Of a DNA stretch of 60,000 nucleotides, positions 44,399 through 55,951 are shown one piece after another; position 1 is the first letter of the stretch; each line of letters begins with the position of its first letter. The translations under genes were made by a program, and so were the position numbers. The DNA comes from Candidatus Latescibacterota bacterium (GTDB lineage: Bacteria; Krumholzibacteriota; Krumholzibacteriia; Krumholzibacteriales; Krumholzibacteriaceae), in NCBI GenBank assembly GCA_019038625.1, contig JAHOYU010000084.1:1-60000 (forward strand), written 5' to 3'. Under the pieces are notes generated by a model. The model was not told the DNA's origin and ran no database searches. It was given only the letters and a program-made list of their open reading frames with translations.

Positions 44399-45240
44399 AT
44401 ATCCCTGATAAATGAACTGCAGATATCGAATACCTTCGGAGAGCGGTCTCCCTTTATGATGACATGCCCGCCGTTCTCGAGCAGGACGAACCTCGAACCC
44501 GGATGAGTACTGACACGGCGGAGTATCTGGAATCCTCTCGCGCTGATGACAGGATCGTCTGCCGACTGGATGACCAGCATCGGCTCGGGAACTTCTTTCA
44601 GGCCAGTCCGGACATTGTCGATAAACTCGAGCATGGTGCTGCGAACGGGAGCCATGTTCTTCACGAGAGAGGGAAATATCTTTTTCCAGAACTTGAAGAG
44701 CATATACCGCCTGTTCGAAGCCGGTACAAGTGCCGGCGAAATCAGTACTGTCCCCTTAAGGGGATACCTCAATGCCAGCTCCAGCGCGAGCGTCGCCCCA
44801 AAACTAAAACCGATCAGGTACGCCGTCGGGGAATAACCGAGGACGGTCTCCAGAACTATCTGGGAATGAGAAAGACACTCGCTCCAACTGTTGGATGACC
44901 GGATTTTCTGAACCGTCTGCTTCCCCTTTTCACCAGGGAATCTCGATCTGATGTATTCGCCGAATCCAGTATCAGCTGTTTTAGGGTCGAGGGGAAGCCT
45001 GACACCATATACAGAGTATCCCTGGCTGAAAAGGTGTTCGGCGAAAGGCTGCATCTCGGCTGGTGTTCCTCCCGCGCCATGAAGAAGCACACAACTGATC
45101 GATTCGCGCTCCTGAAGCATCAAAAAGCTTCTGTCCTCTTCAGGGATCCCGCCCCTCTTCTCTATATGCTGTCTACTTTCGAAAAAGAACCTCAGAAGAT
45201 CCCTGCGAAGACTCCGACGCTCAGGTTCCGCCTCGATCAT
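44395..45240 (-). CDS. alpha/beta hydrolase (esterase/lipase-type)
   Basis: HGAGGTPAEM (oxyanion region), nucleophile elbow GFSFGA, and C-terminal ...D...GGH (LENGGHVII). The track ORF begins at 45384 and would overlap the upstream Fe-S gene by 110 nt, so ATG 45240 is chosen. The start is uncertain. Confidence 0.75.
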   Translation of the reverse strand: MIEAEPERRSLRRDLLRFFFESRQHIEKRGGIPEEDRSFLMLQERESISCVLLHGAGGTPAEMQPFAEHLFSQGYSVYGVRLPLDPKTADTGFGEYIRSRFPGEKGKQTVQKIRSSNSWSECLSHSQIVLETVLGYSPTAYLIGFSFGATLALELALRYPLKGTVLISPALVPASNRRYMLFKFWKKIFPSLVKNMAPVRSTMLEFIDNVRTGLKEVPEPMLVIQSADDPVISARGFQILRRVSTHPGSRFVLLENGGHVIIKGDRSPKVFDICSSFIRDI

Positions 45241-45274
45241 CTGTTTCAGTTCCCAGATGGCCTGGTTGATATTT

Positions 45275-46030
45275 TCAAGCTGGTTGCTCACCTTTGGTCT
45301 CCCTGTTTTGCAAAGCCCCACTGCCTTCGCATACTTTAACGCATAACCCGCAAATAAGAGTATTGAGTTGTTCATCTTTAGCAAATCTTCTTAATTGTGC
45401 CGTGCACCTGTCCAGTTCAAAATCGTCCGGGTCCACATGGATCGCCCCTACCGGACAGGCTGAGATGCATCTCTTGCACGATCCGCAATCCATCGGCTCG
45501 ACTCCCTCGCTACCGTCAGGAAGGGGAAGGTCTGTCAGCACAGTGACATACCTGACCTGTGATCCGTATTCAGGATTGACGATCAGGTTGTTACGTCCCT
45601 TCCATCCCATCCCGGCCCTGCACGCGATCTCTCTATGAGAGAGATGTGCTTTGAACCGATCCCAGTCCAGGATCTGGCTCGCTGGCACAGGAAACACTCT
45701 GCCCCCCATCCGCTGACAAATACCGGCGATATACAGAGCAGCCTGATCCAGCGCAAAATTGATAGTCTTGTAATGATAGTAATATGTCAATGTCGGAGCC
45801 GTTTTCACTGTTCTCAGTACAGGGCCGGAAAGTCGCATGCCCACGACAACAGCGTACTTCAGTGTGTCGATCTCATCTCTCACCGACTCGTGAAGGTCGA
45901 GGCCTTCGACATCATCCAGTACGGCGCTCGACAGAAGGGCCAGCCCGAGATGAGAGGTCTCGCTGGATATCTTTTGCATATTTTGAGAAGGATTGCCTGG
46001 GAACCCGTTGTCCTGTTGCGATTTACTCAT
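45275..46030 (-). CDS. QueG-like (COG1600-type) 4Fe-4S cluster protein
   Basis: 251 aa. GMGWKGRNNLIVNPEYGSQVRYVTVLTDLPL resembles the epoxyqueuosine reductase core. Ferredoxin motifs are CGSCKRCISACP and CGLCVKVC. It is shorter than canonical QueG. Confidence 0.6.
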   Translation of the reverse strand: MSKSQQDNGFPGNPSQNMQKISSETSHLGLALLSSAVLDDVEGLDLHESVRDEIDTLKYAVVVGMRLSGPVLRTVKTAPTLTYYYHYKTINFALDQAALYIAGICQRMGGRVFPVPASQILDWDRFKAHLSHREIACRAGMGWKGRNNLIVNPEYGSQVRYVTVLTDLPLPDGSEGVEPMDCGSCKRCISACPVGAIHVDPDDFELDRCTAQLRRFAKDEQLNTLICGLCVKVCEGSGALQNRETKGEQPA

Positions 46031-46037
46031 GGTCCTG

Positions 46038-47504
<1,467 letters not shown>

Positions 47505-47621
47505 TCACATCGAAAGAGCCTGATGCTCCTTCTCCCTCCTCTCGCGATCGGCAGATCGTCAGTTTCATTCGCCTCTTTGGTATTGCAACATACCCTCTTG
47601 CAGAAACATAGTCAAGGTCGT

Positions 47622-48452
47622 TCAAACCACCGCGGTCCGCCCATCGAAGTCGAAAAGTTCGACCACGGGGAATCTCAACATTTTCCTGCCACGGAACTTT
47701 GCCGTGGTCCTCACACCGGCTCTTCTGACCATTTCCAGGGCAAGGTCGAAATCCCTCGCCACATCGCCCGGACAGTGCGCGTCTGAACCCAGAGTCACGG
47801 GGATATCCCTTTCGGCACATGCACGCAAAAAAGTCTCCTCGGGATATATCGAGCCTGCGCCCCTTCTCAGTCCTGCCGTATTCACCTCGATCGCCATATC
47901 ATGTTTCTCCAGCATCGATGCTATATCCCTGTAATACCACTCCATCGATGACGAAGGTGTGAAGTCGACTTTTTTTATCGCGTCAGGGTGAGCGATTATA
48001 TCGAACAACCCCGTACCGATCATCTTTGAAAGAAGGCTGAAATATTCGGGGAACACATCCTCGGGATCCTCCACACTGTACCTGCTCCTGTGGGACTTGC
48101 TCGAAAAATGCCAGTCACCGAGGAAATGCAATGCGCCGATCACATAATCGAATGGCTGGCTGGAGATAAGACTGGCTGTATCGTCTTCATATCCAACAAA
48201 ATAGTCGGCCTCTATCCCCAGAAGTATGGTGATCCTGTCACTGTACTTTTGCTGGAGCCTGTTCACTTTTGCGACATATTCCGGAAGCCTGTCGATGAGC
48301 ATGGCGTGATACGGGTCAGGATCGACCACTTTCGGGAGGTGGTCACTGAAACCGATCTCAGCCAGGCCCAGTTCGATGGCCCTGAGCACGTACTCTTCGA
48401 GTGCCCCGGTCGAATGACCGCAGAATTCACCATGCATGTGATAGTCAATCAT
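47622..48452 (-). CDS. HisJ-family histidinol-phosphatase (PHP domain)
   Basis: MIDYHMHGEFCGHS..., GFSDH and the HPD/GSDAH metal motifs of PHP phosphoesterases are present. The internal ATG at 48452 fits the family N-terminus, whereas the track start is 48521. Confidence 0.8.
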   Translation of the reverse strand: MIDYHMHGEFCGHSTGALEEYVLRAIELGLAEIGFSDHLPKVVDPDPYHAMLIDRLPEYVAKVNRLQQKYSDRITILLGIEADYFVGYEDDTASLISSQPFDYVIGALHFLGDWHFSSKSHRSRYSVEDPEDVFPEYFSLLSKMIGTGLFDIIAHPDAIKKVDFTPSSSMEWYYRDIASMLEKHDMAIEVNTAGLRRGAGSIYPEETFLRACAERDIPVTLGSDAHCPGDVARDFDLALEMVRRAGVRTTAKFRGRKMLRFPVVELFDFDGRTAVV

Positions 48453-48589
48453 GTCGTTGAGAATACAATAATAACTCCCATCCGGGCAAGTGTTACCGGG
48501 AAATAGATCGCAAAAGCCCACTATTTTAATCTTTTCCTAAAGAGAAGGACCGATTCAGCCGAATCAACGGTAATTGCAGGGAGCTGAAT

Positions 48590-49285
48590 ATGCGTCGTGA
48601 AAAAATAATGATATATAGCCATAACCAGGCGATGATAGAGCTCATCCAGTCGAGACTCGCCTCTCCCGTGAATATAATCGCCACGGCTATGTCGACGACC
48701 GAGGCGAGGACATTGATGGAGGACGAACAGTTTCACATCATAATCCTTGCCGGACACAGGGACCTGGACAACGTTCTGGACCTTCTGAACTTTGCCAATC
48801 AGCTCGAACACCGGCCCTCATCCATAGTCGTCGAGATCAACGCGGACCGAAGGGCACTGCTTCAAACGCTGAATGCCGGCTGTTCATATTTCATTGACGG
48901 CACCGCGGAAGTGGAACGGATCGAAGGCATAGTCTCTTTTCTGATGAACGAGAAACGTGAGTTGATCAAGCGCAGCGAACAGATGCAGGCAAGGGAGTTC
49001 GTCAGAAAATCGGAGGGGCCGCCGTCCGACAAAGCTCTTTCGAGGAGAGAGAACGAGATCCTCTACACCATGCTCAGGGGAATGAGCAATCGGGAGATAT
49101 CGAAAGAACTTGAGATCAGCGAGAAGACCGTCAAAAATCATCTGTGGAAGATATACAGAAAATTCGATGTGGACAACAGGACACAGCTCTTCAATCACCT
49201 GATCCTGTCATGTCCCTGCATGAAGATCTCCACCAGCCCGGTAGAAGACAGGCCTCAGCATATCCTTGGCAGAATGTCTCCATAG
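48590..49285 (+). CDS. LuxR-family transcription regulator with pseudo-receiver N-terminal domain
   Basis: The C-terminal HTH is LSRRENEILYTMLRGMSNREISKELEISEKTVKNHLWKIYRKFDV. The N-terminal REC-like fold lacks the acidic pocket and phospho-Asp (IMIYSHNQ, HIIILAGH). Confidence 0.8.
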   Translation: MRREKIMIYSHNQAMIELIQSRLASPVNIIATAMSTTEARTLMEDEQFHIIILAGHRDLDNVLDLLNFANQLEHRPSSIVVEINADRRALLQTLNAGCSYFIDGTAEVERIEGIVSFLMNEKRELIKRSEQMQAREFVRKSEGPPSDKALSRRENEILYTMLRGMSNREISKELEISEKTVKNHLWKIYRKFDVDNRTQLFNHLILSCPCMKISTSPVEDRPQHILGRMSP

Positions 49286-50271
49286 GGCAGATCCACAACA
49301 CGTTCGCCGCCGAAAGATGTCTTGAGTATGACATTACCGGCCGGAGCATCTATAACCTCACCTATCACAGAAGCATCGAGTCCGAGCTCGTGAGATCTCA
49401 TGAATTCGAGGGCCCCTTCACCATGCTCCTTTGCTATGACCATGACGAATTTCCCCTCGTTAGCTATATGCATCGGTTCATACCCCATCAGGTCGCAACC
49501 CTTCCTCACTTCTTCCCTGATCGGGATCGAATCCTCGTCCACCCGGATACAGACACCCGAATCCACGGCGATCTCGTTGAGTACCGCTGCCAGACCGCCC
49601 CTCGTGGCATCCCTCATAGCTCTGATTCCATCGGTCACGCGCAGCATCGGGGTTATGATCTTCGACAGCGGGGCCGTGTCGCTCACCAGCTCGCTGCCGA
49701 AATCCAGGCCTTCCCTGAGACTCAATATGGCCAGGCCGTGATCGCCTATCGTCCCATTGATCAGGACCAGGTCTCCCGGCATGGCGGAAGAGGAAGACAG
49801 CGATAGATCTTCCTGAACAAGACCTATTCCCGAAGTATTGATGAACAGTCCGTCCGCCTTCCCTCTATCGACGACCTTTGTGTCGCCCGTCACGACCTGC
49901 ACTCCCGCCTCCACGCTGGTCCTGGCAATAGAGTCGAGTATCCTGTCCAGATCCTCGAACAGAAAACCTTCCTCAATGATGAACGAAAGAGAGATGGCTG
50001 TCGGTACGGCGCCAGATACGGCCAGGTCGTTCACTGTCCCGCAAACCGCCAGATGCCCTATATCTCCGCCGGGGAAAAAGATCGGCTGAACAACGAATGA
50101 ATCCGTCGTAAAAGCAATCTTTCCCTTTCCAGGTTCGATGACCGCGCTATCCTGAAGTGGCCTGCCGGCTTCACCTCCGAGTTTTTTTACTATTCTCTCG
50201 ACGAGCTCCTTCATCATGATCCCTCCGCCACCATGCGCAAGGAGGATCCTGTCTTCTTCCCTTCTATTCAT
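49255..50271 (-). CDS. hypE: [NiFe]-hydrogenase maturation protein HypE
   Basis: 338 aa. It has a PurM-like fold and AHGGGG near the N-terminus, and it ends with the diagnostic PRIC. Confidence 0.95.
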   Translation of the reverse strand: MNRREEDRILLAHGGGGIMMKELVERIVKKLGGEAGRPLQDSAVIEPGKGKIAFTTDSFVVQPIFFPGGDIGHLAVCGTVNDLAVSGAVPTAISLSFIIEEGFLFEDLDRILDSIARTSVEAGVQVVTGDTKVVDRGKADGLFINTSGIGLVQEDLSLSSSSAMPGDLVLINGTIGDHGLAILSLREGLDFGSELVSDTAPLSKIITPMLRVTDGIRAMRDATRGGLAAVLNEIAVDSGVCIRVDEDSIPIREEVRKGCDLMGYEPMHIANEGKFVMVIAKEHGEGALEFMRSHELGLDASVIGEVIDAPAGNVILKTSFGGERVVDLPYGDILPRIC

Positions 50272-50299
50272 CGCTGATCTCCTTCATTCCTGATCGGGG

Positions 50300-52642
50300 T
50301 TATGTTCCTGACCCCGTGATTCCCTTTATCATCTTCGCTATCCCCACCTGGGCCTGCCCGAGTGATATCCCACCGTCATTGGGAGGAACTACACGGTGAA
50401 AGTAAAATTTTACCTGTGAAGAGGCCGAGGACCTCATAATATTCTCACATAGAAGGCGGTTCTGGAAGACTCCGCCTGACAGGACGACTTCACGGCATCC
50501 GTTCTCAACGGCCAGCCTGGTCGCCATTTCTACTATCATATCGGCAACACAGAGATGAAAGGCTGCCGCAATATCTTTTCCTGCGATGCCGTCCATCAGG
50601 TCGTCGACAATCCCTTTTATAATCGGCGCGCCATCGATCAGGACCGGTTCCCCCTCCGATATATCGAAGGAATATCTCCTTTCGGGATCAGTGACTTCCC
50701 GAGCGAGGCTCTCCAGCGCGATCGCCGCCTGTGCTTCGTAGCTCACCTTCGTGCCCAATCCGAGTATCGCGGCTGCGGCATCGAACAGCCTGCCGGCGCT
50801 CGACGTCATATGTGTATTGATCATTTGTGATACCATCCCGAGTATCTGCCGCGCGGGAAGGCCTTCGAATGAAAACCCTGGAAGTTCGATATCAGCGGCT
50901 TTCTCTCCCAAAAACTCCCTGAGGTAGACTAGAGCCATTCTCCACGGTTCCCGCACAGCGGCAGCGCCTCCGGGAAGCGGTACATACTTCAGGTGGGCAA
51001 GCCTCCTGAAATCGTGATGGTAGGCGAGGAGAAATTCTCCTCCCCATAGATTTCCGTCACTTCCATAACCGGTCCCGTCGAATGAGACACCTATCGCTGG
51101 CCCCTCGATCCCGTACTCGACCATGACACTGACCGCATGAGCGTGATGGTGCTGGACCCGGATTCTCTCAGAACAATCGTACGCGTCGGCAAAACGTGTC
51201 GTAAAATAGTCGGGGTGAAGATCGCTGACAACCACCTCGGGACTGACATCCAGTATCGAGCAGAACGATTCGAGCTCCCTTTTAAAATTCTCCTGCCCCC
51301 TGAAATCGCCGAGGTCGCCAAGGTGGGAAGAGACAAAGGCCCGGTCCCCCCTGGTAAGTGTAAAAGTCCCCTTCTCCTGCCCCCCCGTGGCCAGCACGCA
51401 TCTGTCATGATGCTGCGGCAATATGACCGGTTCAGGAACGAACCCTCTCGCCCGCCTCAGGGGGATCACGGTCCGTCCAGGAACAAAGAAGATCGAGTCA
51501 TCACACTTGTGAGCTATCTCGCGGTCATTTATCAGGGCAGCGTCAGCGATGCGCCCAAGGATCCCGGAAAGCTCATCCTCCCTGGATATCAGAGGCTCAT
51601 CCGTAAAATTCGCTGATGTCATGACGAGAAGGTCGAATCCTTCTATCAATAGATGGTGGATCGGAGTGTAAGGAAGAAACGCTCCCGTGTAGGCGTTTCC
51701 CGGAGCTATCGCCGCCGGCAGTCCGCCCTGTCTGCTTTTAAGCAATACTATCGGCGCCTCGGGAGAAGTCAGAAGCCGTACTTCCTCTTCATCCGCGTGG
51801 CAGTACCGCATGACCGTCTCCATCGAAGAGAACATGATGGCGAACGGCTTCACGGGACGATTCTTTCGGTCCCTGAGAAGCTGAACGGCCTTTTCATCTC
51901 TGGCCAGACATGCCAGATGATATCCTCCGAGGCCCTTGACAGCCAGGATGCCTCCGCCGGCGAGGACCTTCCTCCCCCCATCGATCGGGTCTCCCTGTAT
52001 CACCTTTTCGTCTGAATCGATGAGCGACAGGGTCGGCCCACAGCCGGGACAGGATATCGGCTCGGCATGGAATCTCCTGTCACACGGATCGGCGTACTGG
52101 CTCCCGCAGAGGTGGTCCATCGTGAATGGTCTCATCGTCGTAAGATCCCTGTCATATGGCAACCCGTTGATTATCGTGAAGCGGGGGCCGCAGTTCGTAC
52201 AGTTTATAAAAGGGTATCGGAATCTGGGGTCCGATGGATCGGCAAGCTCGCGGAGGCAGTCTTCACAGACCGCCGTATCGACAGGAAAAAGAGCGTCGCG
52301 GGAAGTCCCCCCCTTGCTTTCAGCTATCACGAAACCGGAACAGCCCGTTACTGCTATCCTCTCCGGCTCTATTGAATCTATTCTGGCCAGGGGCGGAGCC
52401 TCCTCGATAAGAAGCCTGCCGAATTCCTCGATGGACCGCCCATCCCCTTCGATCTCTATGACTACACCAGACCCTGTATTCAGGACGGACCCGGAGACCC
52501 CTGCCTCGTTGGCAAATCGATAGACAGCAGGGCGGAAACCCACACCCTGCACTCTCCCCCTGACAACGAGCCTGAGTCTTGCTTCAGTGTCGGCGGACCC
52601 TGTATTATTGAATATCTCCTGCCAGTCCATATGCCTCTCCAT
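50300..52642 (-). CDS. hypF: [NiFe]-hydrogenase maturation carbamoyltransferase HypF
   Basis: It contains an acylphosphatase domain (VRGRVQGVGFRP), two zinc-finger pairs (CEDCLRELADPSDPRFRYPFINCTNCGPRFTI; CPGCGP), and YrdC-like and Kae1-like domains. The start is set at ATG 52642 (MERHMDWQ...) because the track start at 52816 adds about 58 non-homologous residues. Confidence 0.95.
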   Translation of the reverse strand: MERHMDWQEIFNNTGSADTEARLRLVVRGRVQGVGFRPAVYRFANEAGVSGSVLNTGSGVVIEIEGDGRSIEEFGRLLIEEAPPLARIDSIEPERIAVTGCSGFVIAESKGGTSRDALFPVDTAVCEDCLRELADPSDPRFRYPFINCTNCGPRFTIINGLPYDRDLTTMRPFTMDHLCGSQYADPCDRRFHAEPISCPGCGPTLSLIDSDEKVIQGDPIDGGRKVLAGGGILAVKGLGGYHLACLARDEKAVQLLRDRKNRPVKPFAIMFSSMETVMRYCHADEEEVRLLTSPEAPIVLLKSRQGGLPAAIAPGNAYTGAFLPYTPIHHLLIEGFDLLVMTSANFTDEPLISREDELSGILGRIADAALINDREIAHKCDDSIFFVPGRTVIPLRRARGFVPEPVILPQHHDRCVLATGGQEKGTFTLTRGDRAFVSSHLGDLGDFRGQENFKRELESFCSILDVSPEVVVSDLHPDYFTTRFADAYDCSERIRVQHHHAHAVSVMVEYGIEGPAIGVSFDGTGYGSDGNLWGGEFLLAYHHDFRRLAHLKYVPLPGGAAAVREPWRMALVYLREFLGEKAADIELPGFSFEGLPARQILGMVSQMINTHMTSSAGRLFDAAAAILGLGTKVSYEAQAAIALESLAREVTDPERRYSFDISEGEPVLIDGAPIIKGIVDDLMDGIAGKDIAAAFHLCVADMIVEMATRLAVENGCREVVLSGGVFQNRLLCENIMRSSASSQVKFYFHRVVPPNDGGISLGQAQVGIAKMIKGITGSGT

Positions 52643-52747
52643 AACCAACCTGAAAAAGGGCCGAAAAGCGAATAGACTATAACGTCCGGCAATTCCCTTT
52701 GCCAGAAAAAAGGCCGGCCGGCCGGTCGTGCAACAAAATGTTTTATC

Positions 52748-52777
52748 TTGAACAAAGTGCCTCAGACAAAATATTAT
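52748..52777 (+). promoter_or_regulatory. candidate sigma70-like promoter for mgtC
   Basis: TTGAAC (52748-52753), an 18-nt spacer, then TATTAT (52772-52777), 27 nt upstream of the ATG. Confidence 0.35.
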
Positions 52778-52803
52778 CCGATGACTGTAACAAGGAGAAT
52801 CAA

Positions 52804-53460
52804 ATGAGTGAGACACTGTCTATCTATCTTCCGAGGCTCCTCCTGGCAATGGCTGTCGGAGGGATCATCGGCCTTGAACGCGAATTTCACGGCAAACCCG
52901 CGGGGATAAGGACCAACATCCTCATGTGTGTAGGTTCGTGCCTGATAATGATCATTTCGATCGAAGTAGCAAAAATGTCCGGCGCGGTCGGTGATCCCGC
53001 GCGGATCGCCGCCCAGGTCGTGACCGGTGTCGGGTTTCTCTGTGCCGGGACTATCATAAGATCCAGTTTCACCGTTTCAGGACTGACAACAGCAGCCACT
53101 ATCTGGGTACTTTCCGCTCTCGGGCTGACGATCGGAGCCGGATTCATCGCTCTGGGCCTGATAGGGGCACTACTCATCACTGTAACACTCGTATTGATGA
53201 GGTATCTCGAAGCGTTCATAAACAGGTTCAACAAGACTCATATTATCCAGATCATGATGGAACCAGGTCAGGGCCTGGTCGGCAGGATAGTAGAGATCTT
53301 TTCAAAGGCCGGCATCCGGACCGTGCTTCACGAAGCGGATCTGAAGGGGGAAAAATGGACGATCACAATCGAATACAACAGCTCACTGAAAAATCACGGT
53401 AAGGCCATGAAAGAACTCTCGGGGATAGAATCGATCCTTTCGGTAAGTGAAGAACTATAG
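52804..53460 (+). CDS. mgtC: MgtC/SapB-family membrane protein
   Basis: The ATG at 52804 is preceded by AAGGAG. LLLAMAVGGIIGLEREFHGKPAGIRTNILMCVGS is the MgtC signature, and a C-terminal ACT-like soluble domain follows. Confidence 0.85.
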   Translation: MSETLSIYLPRLLLAMAVGGIIGLEREFHGKPAGIRTNILMCVGSCLIMIISIEVAKMSGAVGDPARIAAQVVTGVGFLCAGTIIRSSFTVSGLTTAATIWVLSALGLTIGAGFIALGLIGALLITVTLVLMRYLEAFINRFNKTHIIQIMMEPGQGLVGRIVEIFSKAGIRTVLHEADLKGEKWTITIEYNSSLKNHGKAMKELSGIESILSVSEEL

Positions 53461-53463
53461 CTC

Positions 53464-54900
53464 TTACCACTCACCGTTCTTCAGATATTCGTTGATCGCC
53501 ACAGCTGCTATCCTTCCCTGCCCCATGGCCAGGATGACTGTCGCAGCCCCGAGGACGATGTCGCCTCCGGCGAACACACCTTTTTTGCTGGTCTTCATCG
53601 TCTGGGCGTCCGCTATAATATTGCCCCACCTGTTCGTCTCCAGATCGGGAGTCGAATCGGGGATAAGCGGATTCGAAGAGTTCCCGATAGCGACTATACA
53701 TGTGTCGATATCCACCCGGAATTCACTGTCTTTTATCGGTACAGGGCGGCGCCTGCCTGAATCGTCAGGTTCGCCGAGCTCCATCTTTATACATTCCATC
53801 TGCTTCACCCATCCATCGTCGTCACCTATCAGCCTGACAGGGTTCTGCAGTAGAAGGAACTGTACGCCCTCTTCGTCCGCATGATGGACTTCCTCTACTC
53901 TGGCCGGCATCTCGGTACGTGAACGTCTGTATACGAGATAGACATTATCCGCTCCCAGCCTCAGGGCGGTCCTCGCCGAATCCATGGCGACATTCCCACC
54001 TCCGAACACAGCGACATTCTTCGATTTCGCGATCGGGGTATCTGTCTCTGGAAATGAATAGGCTTTCATGAGGTTCGCGCGTGTCAGATATTCGTTCGCC
54101 GAGTATACGCCGTTGAGATTCTCACCCTCTATCCTCATGAACATCGGCAGCCCCGCGCCGGTCGCTACGAATATGGCGTCGTAACCCTGCTCGAACAGTT
54201 CGTCCAGCGAATGGATGTTCCCGATGACCATATTGTATTTCATCTCGACACCCATCTTCTCGAGATTCTCCACTTCGGTCATCACTATCGCCTTGGGAAG
54301 CCTGAACTCGGGAATACCATAGATGAGTACTCCCCCAGGCTTGTGAAGCGCTTCGAAGACGGTCACCTCGTGACCTTCCCTTCGAACGTCGGCAGCCACT
54401 GTCAGGCCTGCCGGGCCCGAACCGACTATCGCAACCCTCTTGCTGGTAGCGGACTTGATCTCCGGAGTATCGGCAGCCCCCTGCTCCATCTCCCAGTCGG
54501 CGATAAACCGCTCGAGTTTTCCGATCTGCACGGCCTTGTCCACCGTCTTGAGCGACTTGCCTACGATGCAGCCCAGCTGACACTGCTCCTCCTGCGGACA
54601 CACTCTGCCGCAGATGGCAGGAAGGATGTTCGTGATCTTGATGGTCCTGGCCGCGCCTTTGAAATCACCTTCGCAGATCTGGTTGAGAAAAGTCGGAATA
54701 TCGATCTCAACGGGACAACCATCAACGCAGGGCGCCTTCTTGCATTGCAGGCACCTGGTCGCTTCGAGCTTCGCCTGCTCGGGAGTGTATCCGAAAGGCA
54801 CCTCTTTTAAGTTGTGAATCCTTTCCTTCGGATCCTGCTCGCCCATTTCCTGGGTCGGGATCTGCAATCTTTCCTTGGGTGTCAGTTTCTTCTCTTCCAT
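53464..54900 (-). CDS. nfnB: NfnB / GltD-like NADPH-dependent oxidoreductase large subunit (glutamate synthase small-chain family)
   Basis: 478 aa. The N-terminus has 2x[4Fe-4S] Cys clusters (CLQCKKAPC..CP; CGRVCPQEEQC). Two dinucleotide folds follow (VAIVGSGPAGL, VAVFGGGNVAMD). It is paired with an NfnA-type subunit gene. Confidence 0.88.
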   Translation of the reverse strand: MEEKKLTPKERLQIPTQEMGEQDPKERIHNLKEVPFGYTPEQAKLEATRCLQCKKAPCVDGCPVEIDIPTFLNQICEGDFKGAARTIKITNILPAICGRVCPQEEQCQLGCIVGKSLKTVDKAVQIGKLERFIADWEMEQGAADTPEIKSATSKRVAIVGSGPAGLTVAADVRREGHEVTVFEALHKPGGVLIYGIPEFRLPKAIVMTEVENLEKMGVEMKYNMVIGNIHSLDELFEQGYDAIFVATGAGLPMFMRIEGENLNGVYSANEYLTRANLMKAYSFPETDTPIAKSKNVAVFGGGNVAMDSARTALRLGADNVYLVYRRSRTEMPARVEEVHHADEEGVQFLLLQNPVRLIGDDDGWVKQMECIKMELGEPDDSGRRRPVPIKDSEFRVDIDTCIVAIGNSSNPLIPDSTPDLETNRWGNIIADAQTMKTSKKGVFAGGDIVLGAATVILAMGQGRIAAVAINEYLKNGEW

Positions 54901-54936
54901 AGTAGAAACAGCCGGCGACGGCCGGTACCTCCTTTA

Positions 54937-55758
54937 TTATGACTGGAAACGATCCATCGATTCTTTTTCCTGCACCTGGTACATCCTCTGCCTCTTCATC
55001 ATCTCGTCGAAGTCGACACAGTGGCCATCGAATTCCGGACCGTCGACACAGACGAACTTCGTCTTGTTATCGACAGTGACCCTGCACGCACCGCACATCC
55101 CTGTGCCGTCGACCATTATCGTGTTGAGACTGACGAGAGTGGGGATCTCATATTTTTTAGTGAGCAGACAGACGAACTTCATCATGATCGGAGGGCCCAC
55201 AGTCACTACCAGATCGATCTTCAGTCCTTCGTCTATAAGTTTCTGCATCGCGTCTGTGACAAGGCCCTTCTGTCCATACGAGCCGTCATCGGTCGTGATC
55301 ATCACCCTGTCGCTTGCCGCTTTCATCTGTTCTTCCATTATGACAAGACCCTTTGACCGACCCCCAAGGATCGAGATGACACTGTTCCCGGCTTCCTTCA
55401 TCGCCTGCGCTATCGGATGGGCCGGGGCTATCCCGACACCTCCACCGACGATAACGACAGTACCGACCTTTTCGATATGTGTGGGACGTCCCAGCGGCCC
55501 GGCGAGATCGAGGATCGAGCCTCCCTCTTCGAGCATCGACATTTCCTTCGTAGTCTTGCCGACGACCTGGACGACCAGCTCCAGCCAGCCCTCTTCAGCC
55601 GAAGCATCCGCTATAGTGAGGGGGATACGCTCTCCGTCCTCCGATGTGCGAAGGATTATAAACTGTCCCGCTTTTCGTTTTGCGGCAATTGCCGGAGCTT
55701 CGACCCGCATTCGAAATACCTGGTCCGAAATAAATTCTTTCTCAAGAATCCTGTTCAT
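54937..55758 (-). CDS. nfnA: NfnA-type ferredoxin-NADP+ reductase subunit (sulfide dehydrogenase beta / PyrK-like)
   Basis: Start at ATG 55758 (MNRILEKEFIS...). FAD-binding RIPLTIAD, NAD-binding VGGGVGIAP, and the C-terminal [2Fe-2S] motif GTGMCGACRV...CVDGP are present. Confidence 0.85.
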   Translation of the reverse strand: MNRILEKEFISDQVFRMRVEAPAIAAKRKAGQFIILRTSEDGERIPLTIADASAEEGWLELVVQVVGKTTKEMSMLEEGGSILDLAGPLGRPTHIEKVGTVVIVGGGVGIAPAHPIAQAMKEAGNSVISILGGRSKGLVIMEEQMKAASDRVMITTDDGSYGQKGLVTDAMQKLIDEGLKIDLVVTVGPPIMMKFVCLLTKKYEIPTLVSLNTIMVDGTGMCGACRVTVDNKTKFVCVDGPEFDGHCVDFDEMMKRQRMYQVQEKESMDRFQS

Positions 55759-55951
55759 AATGGACTCAAACCTTTTATATAAGTGGTTAACTAAACGGAG
55801 AAACGGACTCCGTCTGTATTCACGCTCGCCCGCGGCGCTGACAGGTCCGATCCCCACAAATTAAGACAATGGCACAACCAAAGTAGATATTTATCAGGAA
55901 TGACCCTGCCAAATCAAGATAAATCTGTCCTCGTCGATTATTGACAAAGCA

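Noticed and set aside
52699-52803. Upstream extension of the mgtC ORF (track start 52699)
   Set aside because: The extension (MPEKRPAGRSCNKMFYLEQ...) is not MgtC-like. The ATG at 52804 has an AAGGAG RBS and starts at the family's usual N-terminus.
54875-55864. 329-aa plus-strand ORF
   Set aside because: It is antisense to the nfnA-type gene and is Ser/Pro/Thr/Ile-rich with no motifs.
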